DNA of 64,000 nt from Kondoa subrosea (Eukaryota): positions 62,001 to 126,000 of the forward strand of contig BCIN01000007.1 in assembly GCA_039545335.1 (NCBI GenBank), read 5' to 3'. A program made the translations under genes and the position numbers. The notes under the pieces were generated by a model. The model was not told where the DNA came from and searched no databases. It saw nothing but the letters and a program-made list of their open reading frames with translations. How positions within the stretch are numbered: position 1 is the stretch's first letter; every line of letters begins with the position of its first letter. Positions 1 through 12,938 of this stretch are shown here, in pieces.

Positions 1-1112
1 TTTCACTGCTTGAATCCGATCTGAGCAGTATTCGAGCAGAATCTTCGAGATGCAATGCCGATGGATATCGATGGTAACGACGAAGGCACACAGCAAGTCG
101 CTAATGTCAACGACTATGGTCTGGAAGTAGATTTCGCTGAGCTCGAAGAAGAAGAGCAAGAGGTAAGCGTCTACCATTGCTTCCGCAGCGTAGGAATTTA
201 TCAGTTGAACAGGATGATTCGCCTGATATGGATGAACGTCTGAGCAAAGAGATCAGTCGGCTGATTGATGAGATCCAGAAGATGTCTCCTAACATGAAAG
301 CGATCGAGAAGTGAGTCGCGCTTGTGCATCAATCGTATCGAAATTGAGCGGCATTTGCTTCATTACAGACTTGATGATGTCGAAGCTAAGCTCGCAGCCA
401 CGGATAAAGACTTTGATGCGATTCGCCGAACAACAAAGAAAGCCAAAGACACTTTTAACGATCTGCGGAAACGAAGATGCGATATGTTCAACAAAGCTTA
501 TGCTCACATTTCTGAGCGCATTGACGAAGTATACAAAGATCTTACAAAGGGTAAAGCAAGTCCAATGGGTGGTGTAGCTTATCTCAGTCTGGAGGATTCG
601 GAAGTATGTCAAAACTCGCACAGTTCATTTGCGTTGTTTGATGTTATTTGACAGGAACCTTATCTTCATGGAATCAAGTACCATGCCATGCCTCCTATGA
701 AGCGGTTTCGAGATATGGATCAGCTGTCCGGAGGAGAAAAGACTATGGCTGCTCTCGCTCTGCTGTTTGCTATCCACAGCTATCATCCTTCTCCTTTTTT
801 CGTTCTTGATGAAGTCGATGCTGCACTGGATAACACTAATGTTGGACGTATTGCCAATTAGTAGGTCTCCTGATGCTACAGAAATCATAAGCTGATCCTG
901 TCTGTTCAGTGTTCGTCGACGAGCCAGCCCTTCCTTCCAATTCGTGGTTATCTCGCTCAAAGGTGCCTTCTACGAGAAAGCTAGAGGGCTTGTGGGTATC
1001 TGGCGAGATGTACCAGCTGGTAGCTCGAAGACTTTGACTCTAGATGTGAGTGCTTCTTCGCACAAAGAAGCCTGAAGCTGAATCTTCTTCCCAGCTGGAC
1101 AAGTATGAGTAG
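1..1112 (+). CDS. SMC1: Cohesin SMC1, C-terminal ATPase head (5'-partial, spliced)
   Basis: Spliced translation [84 protein letters not shown]. Contains the signature and Walker B motifs typical of SMC1. Confidence 0.95.
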
Positions 1113-1233
1113 ATCTATTCTCGTTTGTTGTAACATTAAGTCTTGTAACTGTAAACACTTGCGAATCGCCTCGGCAACTCTTGATCTTGAAAGTGCCACA
1201 GTTTGCTTGACTTCGAACATCCATCAGATAAAT

Positions 1234-1980
1234 ATGCCTGTACGCTACAGCGGGATGCGCTTCGTAATACAGCTGACTTTCTCCACTGTAGCGCTCGTCC
1301 AGGTCATCAGGCGGTAGATCTGCTCCAGCTCCTCAACGGAAATCATCAGTACCTGCTCAACCTCAGCAACAACAGCGTGGTAACAGCAATGTACCAGCCA
1401 TGCAGACTCAACAACAGCAGCCATCGATGCTAGGTGGAATCATGCAGGTAAGCTTTTATTGCATTGATCTGCGAAAATGGTTATTGACAATTCTTATTCT
1501 GCCAGACTGCTGCAGGTGTTGGCATGGGCTCAGGTATGCTTTGTTGCATTGGTCTGCGAATTATGGAGATTTACAATTCTGGCATGAGCACAGTTATCGG
1601 TCACGGTGTTTCATCCATGCTGTATGGCTTGATTGTGCCCATCTCTGAGTGCGACCTGATGTTCTGGAATAGATTTGGTGGCTCTTCTGCACCTCAAACA
1701 GTCCAAGAACCCATAGCGCCTGTCAATAACAATGGATCGGAACAAGCTGCTTGCAGTATTCAGGCAAAGGAGTTTACACAGTGTTTGAGTGCGTCACGGG
1801 GTAGAGAATGCTGTGCTGCTTGTGCTGAATCCAGATATTTAGACGCGACCAACAACGACTTCTCAGCTTGTTCATTCTATTTGGACAGGTATGGGTTTTC
1901 AGCGAGAGCTAGGGAGAGTTATGCTAAATCTTCCACTGGACAGCCTTAAAGCTTGCCAGCAAGCTGCATCTCAGTACTAG
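1234..1980 (+). CDS. MIX17: CHCHD2/Mix17 mitochondrial intermembrane-space CHCH protein (7 exons)
   Basis: MPRSSRSSGGRSAPAP..QQPSMLGGIMQTAAGVGMGSVIGHGVSSMLFGG..CSIQAKEFTQCL..CSFYLDSLKACQ. Twin CX9C motif and the conserved hydrophobic GxxIGH segment. Confidence 0.9.
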
Positions 1981-2090
1981 ATCTGGCGTAATTGACAGTT
2001 TGTAGAAGTTTGGCTAGAAGGCTACTCATAATCACAATGATCGAAAGTAGCTCTGTTACAATCAATCGCACAGTCCTTTTCCTTGACTTG

Positions 2091-3873
2091 CTATCTCATT
2101 CCTAGTACCTTTGGTACTAATTCTGTGAAAAAGCCCTTCGCGAAGCTCATTTGTAAATCGGGCTCTTCTTTTCTGGCAATTCTAAACAATTGAAACCAAT
2201 AGCCAACTTGATTGCATTTCAGCTTCGAGAGCAACGAAGACGTAGCTCAAACGTACTCGTAGTAAATCCAGCTCCAACAACTTTGACTGGAGATATCGCT
2301 TGCAGCAACTTGATCCCCTTCAGCCTATACTTGAGACAAACTGCTTCACCATCAGGGATATTGCTATCGAGAAGCTTGGTAGGAAGAGTAAGCGGTTCGA
2401 TACAAGCAGGTCGAGCTATTCCAATCAAATCTGCTGAATTTTCCTCTATAGCCAAGTTCATTCCTTTTCGAGTACGGAAACCGCCAGTGACCATGATTAG
2501 TGGTTTGATAGGTATCGAAGAATTTGCTAGCTCTTCTTTGCATCGACGCGAGAAAGTCGTAAAGAAGGCTTCTCGTTTGCTACTCGATTGATCTTCTTGT
2601 GTGAAAACTGTTCAGAAAGTCAGCAAGTGACTTCTTTTAGCTGAGACTAGGCCAACCTGGCTGCTCGTAGCTTCCTCCGCTTATTTCTATGATGTCGACA
2701 CCTCCATGCTCAGCGATCCATAACACTTGCTGCATGGCATCGTCTTCCTGTGCTCATTTGAGATCAGATCTCAGAACTTAGTAGAAGCAGTAAACTCACT
2801 GTTAGTCCGCCTTTCTGTGCGATGATTGAGCCAAAGTTACAGACATATTTAGCGCGGCTTACCACGAAATCGGAACAATTGAGTTTGACGGATAGACAAA
2901 AGGAAGCAGGACATGTTTGTCTTATGTTGGAAATGATCTGGAAGAGCAATCGAAGTCGATCTTTAGGTGTCTTTCCGTATTCATCGGTCCGGTGATTTGT
3001 CTATTGGAGTCTTCAGATGCTGAACCTATATCGAACTCGACAGAATTGACTCACAGCGGGCGACATCATACTTGCTAGCAAATATCCGTGGCTGTTGTAT
3101 CATCAGCACGGTCATATGGAGGCAATTGTCAGACCGACCTGCAATGCAACTGAACTCCATCGAAGCCAGCTCTATACATCGTTTGAGCCGCCGTGCCAAA
3201 TTGGACAACTACACGATCAAAGTCTTCGCGAGTCATTTCCCTAGGTGTCCCAAAGAGGATTCTTGAGAAAATTCGACCAAAAAAAGAATCGCCTGCATTC
3301 AATGCGATAGGTGAAGGAGAAATAGCTGATTTCCAAGGAGCTCGACCATTGCCTCGAGGTGACTGTCTGCCTGTGTGACAGAGCTGAACTAGGCATTTGC
3401 TCGATCCATTGACACCTTTCGCTGCCGATGCCCAGCGGGACCATGCTTTGGACTGAGTATTGGTGGAGCTGATATAGACGTCCCAAGGTGTACCAAGGAA
3501 AGAGCTATCGACCTACTCAAATAGTTCGGATAGATCCAACACTGGTAGAGTCGAAAGCATCTTACCTGAACATTGCCTGTTGATGTATCAGCTTCCGCTC
3601 AATCAGGAAAAGGGAAGGAACTCACCAGTGATCATCAACCCATATCCAGCTTCAGCCCATTGGCTGTAAAGCGTCTCATGAAGCTCGTTTGGCAATCCAG
3701 TCGAGTATCTCGCCAAACTTTCTGCCATGGCTGACTACAAATCTTCAGCATTGGCTAAAGGCTTCTTGAATCTAGCGACGAACTTTCACGAGCCTATTCG
3801 ACAGCTTGAGACCGCATGCGAGTTCGACAGGTGAAGCAATAGGATTGATAGAAATCACGTCTTGCCCACTCAT
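2091..3873 (-). CDS. NADH:flavin oxidoreductase (old yellow enzyme family), multi-exon
   Basis: LKLSNRLVK, AMAE, VQLHC/HGYLL, NHRTDEYG..RLRLLFQII, VKLNCSDF, IEISGGSYE, MVTGGFRTR, DLIGIARP. Confidence 0.88.
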
Positions 3874-4052
3874 TTGACTACTCTTGAGAGCTGCAGAATG
3901 GGTATTCCACTTTGAACCCGATGAGCAGACAAGAAGTCACAGCAAGATTGAACGGAGTAACGCGATTTGAGAGGAAAACTTGACAAATTACATTGCGATT
4001 TATTACGAGTCTGTATTACAAAGTATTAATACTGCAGCTACTGAAGTGTTCT

Positions 4053-4712
4053 TCATTCAATATTGATAGTCTGCGACTTCCCGCCAAGTAATTTTGGGAT
4101 AATCGCGCTGAGAATACCATTTGCGTACCTATAATGCAGTATTAGTAAGCACATGTAGTAAAGAAGAAAGAGACACTCACGATGCCTTGACTGCTTGAGC
4201 ATCAACGGGAGTAGGTAGCTTGACAGTTCGCATGAAATTGCCTTCGAAACGTTCTTGCACCCAAGGAGTTTTCGAAGGTACTGCTTGGACGGCAGAAGTG
4301 GAAGCTTCATTTGACTCATTCGATGTAGCAGAGGCTTCTGTTACAGCTTGACGAGTGACAGAACCGGTCAGAGTAAGAGTTTGACCATCTTCGCCGAATC
4401 TGAGCGAAATGTAAGCTGGACTCACGAAACCGTTACGCGAGACTTACGACAGCTTCAAGTCCTCTTTTCGAGCGCCTGGTACTTCAGCACTGAAGTGGTA
4501 CGATCCGTTATCCTCCTCCACTGTAAGACGTATTAGTTACCGGAGACAAAGCCAAAAATCGAGTACTCACCATCTATAGCTGGTCCCCTTGTGCGAGCTG
4601 CGTTGACAGTATTGAGCGATGAAGATAAGATAGGATGTACTTCATCCAGGACACGGAATGCGGTACGCAATTCGGGAAAGAGTGATCGAGCTTGAGGAAA
4701 AAGTAAGGACAT
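4053..4712 (-). CDS. Small heat-shock protein (HSP20/alpha-crystallin), 4 exons
   Basis: EEDNGSYHFSAEVPGARKEDL, LTLTG, ERFEGNFMRTVKLPTPVDAQAVKAS|YANGILSAIIPK. Confidence 0.9.
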
Positions 4713-4770
4713 GTTTAGGATAGATCGACGTAGTTGACGAGGAAGGAGAGCGAAGGAAGGAAAAGAGCGC

Positions 4771-4845
4771 TTTATATGCACGCAAGAGAGCTGACGACGC
4801 CTCGGCACAGAAAAATGGAAAGTTGTGGCAAGTTCGAGAAGTATC
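4771..4845 (-). promoter_or_regulatory. HSP20 promoter: TATA box and heat-shock-element-like array
   Basis: ATATAAA on the minus strand at 4771-4777. TTCgaGAAgtATC at 4833-4845 gives two perfect nGAAn units and one imperfect unit upstream of a sHSP gene. Confidence 0.55.
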
Positions 4846-5073
4846 TGGCAAAGTCGATAAGAATATCGAACAAGACAGATGCCCTTCCGGAGAGCAAGAG
4901 ATAGAAACTATTCGTCGCTTGCAAATGAGTTTGACTGCCAGGGTTGGCCATTGAACGACAATAAAACCTGATTGAAGCAGAAGAAAGATCGATGTTAGCT
5001 CCCGATGCAGCTGGACTTCAAGCAGCCTTCGCTTCAATAGCACAAGCAGCCGCTGTGCTTGGCCTTCTGCTAT

Positions 5074-6633
5074 TCATTCCCACTCGGCATCGACTTCAAT
5101 TTCGTGCACATTCTCTTCATCCGATGTCCACAGCTCATCGCGCTGGTAAGCAGCTTCGCACAGCGCGATCATACGTTCTTCCTCGTCTTCATCCCAAAGG
5201 GGGTAGTCTTCTTCGTCAGTAGTATGCAGAGAAGCAAGAGGAGAACTTTCTGGAGTTCGCCCTGTGCAGACATTTTTTTCAGCCTACAGAGTCGTTATAA
5301 AGGAAGACTTACTCTGCTCGACTTGTTTAGCTTTTTCTGCTACCCATTCACCACCAATAATAGTATCAATCCACAATTCCCCATCAATACCACGTACAAT
5401 CACCGTATCGAAAACATCGCACCGATAAATGACTTTTGTCTGAAACAAGCCAATACCAAAGACGGACCAACTCTTGATTTCTGATTGAGTGTGCATGTTG
5501 GTGAAGTAAGGTACAGCTCTAGTATCCACTACACAATACGCCAAAGAGGGAAAACATGATCTGTCAAAGATAGCTACCACACTGTCCAGTATCTGGAACA
5601 TCGACCAAAAGGTTTTCCAGGATTGCCACGGTAGGATGAAAGTGATTGTTTGGAGGTGCTTTAAAGGAGATGAAACGAGCAAAGGGAGTCCTGATAGAAT
5701 TGGCCACCCTAGCGAGAGGTGTTGAAGATGAGGACAAACTTGAGCCAGGTAATGAAGATCATCGTCATCAAATTGAGATAAGTCCAGAATGAGACATGTA
5801 ATGCTTCCCAAAGGCAGGTACTCTTTCGCTTGGAATATCCCCAGATCGATATTTGACCAGATAGCCTTGAGCCAATCTACTTTCGGTAGGCAGGTAAGGG
5901 TATGAAGCAATGATTCCATCTGTCCAGCCAATTCCTCTACGCCCAAATTATTTTCATTCCAAACCAATCGCTTTATCGGTAAGACGAAAGTCGGATCACC
6001 AGCAAGCTTCTTCTCCAAAGGTTCGAATAACGATTCTGTATCAATCAGGTGTAGCGAGAGTGTTTCTAGCCTTTCTGCAACCAAAAGAAACGACCCAAAT
6101 GCAGTGTAATCTGAACAACTCCAGCAAGGCGAAGCGATACAAAGATGAGAAAGTGAATTGATGAATGGCAAGCGCATTAGATCTGGGAGTTGAGGGACTG
6201 CCAATTTGTGCACAATGTAGGTGTTGTTCTGGTCTACTGCTGGTGGTCGGTTACAGTCAATGGCAAATGTGAGACGTTGCACATTCGAGCATGGCGCTAA
6301 AGTATCCATTTGCAGCTTAAGTAGACAATCATATTCTTCAGAAGCCTTGACTACTGCTTTTTGAGACCAATAATCGCATTGATCCGCTGCTTGCAAATGC
6401 AAACAGCTGTAGATCAAAGCTTCCTTGACTGAAAGAGCATGTTCTGGCTTGCTGCTGAGAATTGTAGCCGTTCTGTCATCTTGCAGATGGAAGAATTGTA
6501 GACTCTCGTAAAGAAGCGGTGAAGTGATTGCTCGGAAGCGAGTTGAGACAGAACAAATAGAAGCCAGGAAGGAGAGATTGCCAGAGTGATAAGAGAAGAT
6601 CCTCGAGAGCATCTCGTCCGATAGCCTGTCCAT
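5074..6633 (-). CDS. F-box protein with LRR-like region and acidic tail (family member 1)
   Basis: N-terminal F-box MDRLSDEMLSRIFSY..LASICSVSTRFRAITSPLLY. A terminal GTAAGT..CACAG intron joins an in-frame acidic exon ending EVDAEWE*. Confidence 0.75.
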
Positions 6634-6923
6634 ACTTGCTGCACCGCTTTGGATCTTTACCTGACAATGCTCCTACTGTCCTCTCGCGTCCGCTCTGCAC
6701 ACAAAGCTTTGCGTATCGCCTCTATTGCCCGCCTTGCCTATAGCTGATGGCTACTTTATGAGAGAAGAGCTCGACTTTCTGTTACGTGATGAGATCCAGT
6801 TTGCCGGGCAATGCTGTGCTCTTGCGTACTCTAATACGCCTCAGACACTCTCAGAACTTGTCGACACGCCGGCCCTCCGAATCAAAAATGCTTGTTCATG
6901 TCCAACCTTGCTCTTCAACGCTT

Positions 6924-8224
6924 ATGTCGAGCTCAATACGGAATACCCTGGCTCGCACATTACCTAGAGGATCTCTGGCTCGGTCTACGTCTATACCCAG
7001 GACTCGGGTCTGCCCAACAACACGAGCGTTTGCAACTGTAGCTGCACCTCGCAAAGGAATCAAGATCGGACATCTTTTTACAGGCTTAGCTGTTCTTGGT
7101 CCGCTCTCGCTAGTACTTTGTTCCTCTTCATGATCTCATTCTCTTGCTTGTTGATTAAAGGCGTTGGAGCTACTTCTTACGGACTTTACCTGTTCTACAA
7201 TACTTTTCAAACTTGGCCTTCACCTCTTCGGGGAACGCTTCGTAGTGCTGTCAGAGCGAAACAAACTGGAGATCTTCGCAACTCTGAGAAATTCTTTCGC
7301 AAAGCTTGGTCAGATGCGAAAGCTTTACCTGAAGATGTACTTGGAAGCGATCGAATTCTCAAAGTCTCTGGAATTGCTATAGCTCTAGGTGGATTTCTAG
7401 AAGAACAAGGGAATGTAGGAGCTGCGTATGAGGTTTACGAAGAAGCGTTTGGTGATGTTCGAAATGCAAAGAACTACAGCAATTTCTCGGGACCAGAAAA
7501 GATGCGTGCCATTGCTCTAGCACAGAAATCAGCAGAGATGGCTGAAATGATAGAAGAACGATCTCTGAGCTCGCAAGCGGAAGAGAGACTTGGCTGGGCC
7601 GTCGCTGAATTGCTTCGAATAGCTTCGAATACAGATCAAACAAAACAAAGTGATTCTGCAATAGCCGATAAAGATCTTGAGCTACCTTCTTGGATCTCCC
7701 AAGTAGACTTAGGTGCAAGTATGGAAAATCTCGGTCTTCTTTACCTCAAACAAGGCAATTCAGAGTGAGCCTTTTCATTATCCGGTTCAGATTGGAGTAA
7801 TCAATATACATTCAGATACGCCAATTCACTTTTCAACCAAGCTTTGAAGCTCTTGCTGAAAGCGCCTTCATTATCAGATCGCTGTCATGCCGGAACGATC
7901 GCCAACAACCTTTCTTCCTCCTTTGCTTTACATCCTACTCCCGATAATCTCGAAACTGCATCTCAATGGGCTTCGAATGCTTTACACGTAACAACACATG
8001 CGATCAAAGAAGCAGAAGAAAAAGGCAAGCAAGAAGAAGTTCTGGAATGTAGATCATGTCAAGCGGTAGCTGATCTCAACCTGGGCTTGATTATGGAGAT
8101 GCGCGGTGACAAGGAAAGCGCGAAAGAAAGATTCAAGAGCGCTTTAAGCAAAAGTCAAAAGATTCGATTTGCTGAAGGTGCTAGACAAGCTTTGGCTGCT
8201 CTCCAGAGATCTAGCGAAATTTGA
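6924..8224 (+). CDS. Mitochondrial inner-membrane TPR-like protein, Mgr3-like
   Basis: Arg/Ser-rich presequence, one TM (LFTGLAVLGVGATSYGLY), WPxPLRxxLRxA motif, helical TPR-like repeats, 2 introns. The Mgr3 similarity is recalled, not searched. Confidence 0.55.
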
Positions 8225-8774
8225 GCCTCAGATGTTTGCACAACCACAATGTGAAGGGGTCTGCTCCTGGACACTTTCCTCAATTTTGTTCTGCAACGGC
8301 TCCACCGTGTGATTCATCAGCTTCGTCGTTGTCAGATATTCAATTGGCCTAGAAATCACACCAGTATTGACTCCTGTGCTGCAACACAGCTCCCGGTGAT
8401 ATTACGTCAGCGTCTTTGGAATTATAGTTAATTTTCCAAATGCGGGACCAATTCAAACTACAAACACCCCAAACACCTCAGAAGCACGCGCAATCCTGTC
8501 ATACTATCAGCTTCAAACATACACCTACCAAATTCTTGAAGACTGGTAATCAAGGCAATGATACATAGCATTTACAAATCGCCATGTTTGGCTAAATTTC
8601 CGCCCTTTTCCGCCCGCGAAATTAAGGTTTTGAAAGCTACCCGAATGTCGGTACTCCGCCCATGGGTGCAGTCGCGGTCTGTCTTGAGCTGACACTGTTG
8701 TTCCCTTCTGGACTTTTCTTATCACTGTTTCTCTCTGTCTCCACCACAATACTTTCTCTGTACATATTCGATGA

Positions 8775-10313
8775 ATGGCAACATTTGGTGAATTGATCGA
8801 AGCCAGAATACGCGAAATTCTGCCAGCCTTAGAATCAGTGACCCAAGATCCTTTGGCTATCTTTCCACATGGTAGAATATCTACATCTATCTTCATCGGC
8901 TTCTTCGCATTCTTATGCCTGCTGCAATTGGGATTACTGACCATCAGTATGAGCAATCCGGCAAGACGATGGATCATCAAACGAGTTCGCCGGCCAAAGG
9001 GTTACAGTCTCTTCATCTTTAACCCTCTTGTCACATCGACTGTACTTTCTCTCCTAGCAATGTCTTTGTGGATGGTTCATATGATTGGAGAATTGATGGT
9101 TCCTGTTGGATCGACCAAGCTCTTTTCTGGCATCTCCGTAATTATAGCTATCATGGCTTCTAGTTTAAGCAGAATTGGTTTACTATTTGGAGTAAGTGCC
9201 AGAACCCATGTGCTTCGTGATATGGTCCTGACTATCTTGAGTAGCTCTTAGAAACTTGGAGGGCATACTCTGCTACAGATTCAGCCGCCAAACCATTCAT
9301 CTTGCACCGATATGACTTGCTTCTCAATATATGCTGCTATTTTCCTATTATCTTAGCTCTTCCGAGCTGCATTCTTGGAATGTATGTCAGAGTTGACTAC
9401 TTGCGCATGCATATACTGAGCTTGTGAATGTAGAATCAAAATCTCGAATGCCACGAATAGGCTCGAAACGAAAGTGGCTCCCCTAAAAGACATTGCCCAA
9501 AATGGACTGTCAAAGACTGATCCAGAAGCAGCAGCAAAAGCCGTCCAGCTCTTGCAACAACTGCAGATCGACGGTGATTACATCACAAAATGGGTTAATA
9601 TTCAGTCAACTATCTATTTCACTTGGCACTTGACTGTCAGTGTGATTACTATGCCTTTATTGTGGTTCACCATCTACAAACTTCGTAAACTTCTTTCGCA
9701 AACTGAAACGGAACGCGACACTGTCAATACACTTCGAAAAGTTACCCAAGATCAAATGGCAGGCAAAGGTCCTCGAGCATCCATTGTTCGGCAGTTGAAT
9801 GTATACGTGCGTATTGTCCCGCTATTCTATTGATATGTCGGCTGAAATCCTGCCTGATTCTTACAGTTGCGCGCTTCTATCTTCAATCTCGCATTCGCTA
9901 TCGGACTTCTCGTCTTACTTGGTCTCTCTTTCAATGGTCACCTCACACGCCAAGCTATTCACTATGGCTATCCTATTCTAATCATTTGCACCCTCTCTCC
10001 TCTTCTAATCTTCCAAATCTATACCAACCTTTACCCTCCCTCACAAGAAGAACAGAAACCTTTAGCGATTCCCTTTTCCGTAGTACTTACTACAACGGAG
10101 GAAGTAAGAGAAGATGTGGATGAAGATTATTTCGAAGAAGGGGAAGAAGATAAACGATGTGGGAAGCGCTCATCGATTGACTTTGGAGCAGAAGGATATT
10201 GGAAAGGGTTTCCGTCATCTTCTCCTACTCTACCTCCGCCCATCGCTACGAGGCCGAGTGCAATATGCATTCCAGCGAACAGAAGAGATGTGGTTGCCGG
10301 GTTGGATCTGTGA
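8775..10313 (+). CDS. Orphan polytopic membrane protein, about 7 TM helices
   Basis: ORFs at 8775, 9474 and 9867 join through GT-AG introns. Seven hydrophobic stretches and an acidic, Pro-rich C-tail. Confidence 0.6.
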
Positions 10314-10489
10314 TTAAGAGAGGTGTTGTTGTAGTATATGTATATAAGACTTTGTATGATAGATGTGCATAAAATCTAACTTATTGACTAAGCAAGGAAC
10401 CAACTCAATCTATCTCCTTCTCAAAGTGCTTATGATGAAATTCCGCTGATCAAGCTCAAACAACGACACTTAGCCAGATTTGTACCGTC

Positions 10490-11017
10490 ATGTCTGGCAG
10501 ATTACAATATCAACCACCTGCAACAGTGTCACATGAAGAATATGCTGCTCAGATAGAGGAAACCCCAAAATCTCGAGCTTTCCGTTCGTTCTCACTTCTC
10601 TATTACTCGCTCAAGCTCGACATTGACTAGGTGATTGCAGAGAAATTCTATGAAGAACCATTCGTACCTATTGGAATAGCAGCAACAGTGTTTGCATTAG
10701 GAGCAGCAAGTAATTCCATGCGTAAAGGCGATCGGCGGAATTTCAATCGATTTCTACGTTGGAGAGTAGCAGCACAAGGGTTGACTGTAGTTGCTGCTTT
10801 AGCTGGAAGTGCTTATTATGCGGAAGAAAGAGCGAACAAGAAACGAACGGAAGAGTTGGCTAACGCTCAAGCTGCTAGAGAGAAAAGGGAGTTTTATGCT
10901 AATATGGAAGGTGGGAAGAAAGAAGTGTTGACTACAAGTAAAGCTAGTCAAGTGCCGGACAAGGTCGCTTCATCGCCCATATTGGATGCTGTCAAATCTG
11001 TTAGGAAGGAGGTTTAA
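10490..11017 (+). CDS. RCF1: Respiratory supercomplex factor 1 (HIG1 domain)
   Basis: KFYEEPFVPIG..SMRKGDRRNFNRFLRWRVAAQGLTVVAAL; one intron. Confidence 0.88.
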
Positions 11018-11630
11018 CGGAATCGGCTCCATGAAAGCTTGCAAGGCAAGAGCTCCGCTAATACTGCTTGAAGAGTGAGCGAACCGATTACTGCTGTCGG
11101 GCTTCTGATGGATATTCATGGTCCAGGCTGGCGATTCAAGCAATTCCGAGCATGAAGAGCAAGCTCCTGTGTTCTACAATACTAAAGTGCTGCACGTTGT
11201 CGCGGAGACATAGAGGAAAGAAGCATGGTCCAAAGTGTATGATACCGAAATGTAGATGTTTCCCAAATGTGCATGAATACCATTGCTATGCGCTGCAAGG
11301 CGAAAGATGATCATGCGACCTTGCAACTTGTGCACGAAAGGTTCCACGATGATCTGATCATGTACATCAAATCTTGTAATGGTCCTTGATCCCGTAGTTG
11401 ACGGGAGAGCGCCAATGAGCGAACAGGCGGCAGTTTCAGGATAAGATTGAGAAATACAGGCAGACGGACACGAAATGCTCATGAGCCAGATTGTGCTCAA
11501 AGAAAATCGATAGTCCGAGCAGAAACACGAGAGAAGAGGAAGAAAAAGGCAAACGCAAGAAGAAAACTTTGAAATCACAGCTATTGACATCAACATTGAC
11601 TGTTCTTACTTTCCCGCCTTAGGATCTACT

Positions 11631-12755
11631 CTACGACCAAACAGCAGGTTGAGTCGCCTCTTCTTGAGCAGGAACAGCAGGTCCCTTTTCGGTAGCTCTT
11701 TCGAACGCATCTTTGCCATCGCTTCCCTTTTGGAGTGGGTCTGATCTCTTCTCTTGATCTTCTTCTATGATCTCTGACTCTTCTTGTTCTGCTTCTGGAC
11801 CAGGTTTACTCCAACTGACAGCTGAACCATCGCCTTGTTCATTCATAGCCAAAGCATAAATGACCGCTTCATCCGAAAGATTATCCAACCTGAACGTTTC
11901 CTTTCTGAACCAAAGTACCATTTGTTCCAAATTCTTAGCGAAATTCGCTTCCCTTTCAATTTCTTGTTGAGGTGATAAAGAAGTTTCATCTTCTACTGCA
12001 GCAGCAATTAAAGGGTTTGAAGGTTCTGGCGCTTTTGAACCAGTTACACCACCCATTCCTTTTCCCCAAGCAGCACCAAACAAATTTCTCCACAAAGCAG
12101 AAGCTAAAACCGTATCGTTGTTAATTAGAGCTTCATCAAAAGCCATGATTGAACCATGATGTTGACTTAGAAGATCTTGCATATGACCTTTTACTGCTCT
12201 TTGTTGTTTGACATTATAGTAATTTGGTGATTGCATTCTATATTCTGAATCGATAAAGAAATGGTTGATGAGTTCTTGAGTGAAATTTCTACCAATTGGT
12301 GAAGGTAAACCTCTGAATCTGACTGTCAAGAGGTAGATATGTAGGTTTGTGATTTGGAACCAAGCTTGAAAAGATTTAGGTAAACCACATTCTGTCAGTC
12401 ATTACCACTCAATACATCTGATTACAGAACTAGTACGAATGAGAGGGAACTGACGATTGTACCAGAAATCAGCATGTCGATCATGGATTTCGCTAGTGAC
12501 ATTGTAATAATGGTTCGTAGACCTAACAGCTGCAGTTCTTCTTGGAGAATAACCCAAAAGAGAAGCCACATTAATCAAAGCATCCCTTTTCCAACCTGTA
12601 AGTTTTGGTCCTGCTACAGGTGAGGAAACGGGTGGTGTAGCTGTTGGATCGACTGAGATTTCAGAAGCATAGAATCTTCGACCATTGAGCAATGGAAGAG
12701 CGTTGGAGCTTAAGAGTCGTGGTGTGCTTCTTTTGGCTGTTCTTAAGAGTGACAT
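11631..12755 (-). CDS. CBP3: Ubiquinol-cytochrome c reductase assembly chaperone
   Basis: Mitochondrial presequence; CGLPKSFQAWFQITNLHIYLLTVRFR; AFDEALINNDTVLASALWRN. Confidence 0.9.
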
Positions 12756-12938
12756 GCTTGCCAGGAATGGAAGAAGAGAAGAGAAGAAGAGTTGAGCTGA
12801 GCTGAGCGGAGTGATATCATGTTGTAAATCTTACAAAAAAAGCGGAAATCATGGAAGCGAATCCAAGTTCATCAGGTTCTCCATCATTCGTGTCCGTGAC
12901 TGTGTCGACGCGCTGCAGCTGCACTGAGTAGGTAGAAG

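Noticed and set aside
5170..5215. Apparent frameshift in the F-box acidic tail
   Set aside because: Recounting the G5 run shows the frame is continuous (DYPLWDEDEEE).
11040..11600. 140-aa minus ORF or possible ncRNA between RCF1 and CBP3
   Set aside because: No motif, splice pattern or snoRNA boxes I can support; probably convergent 3' UTRs.
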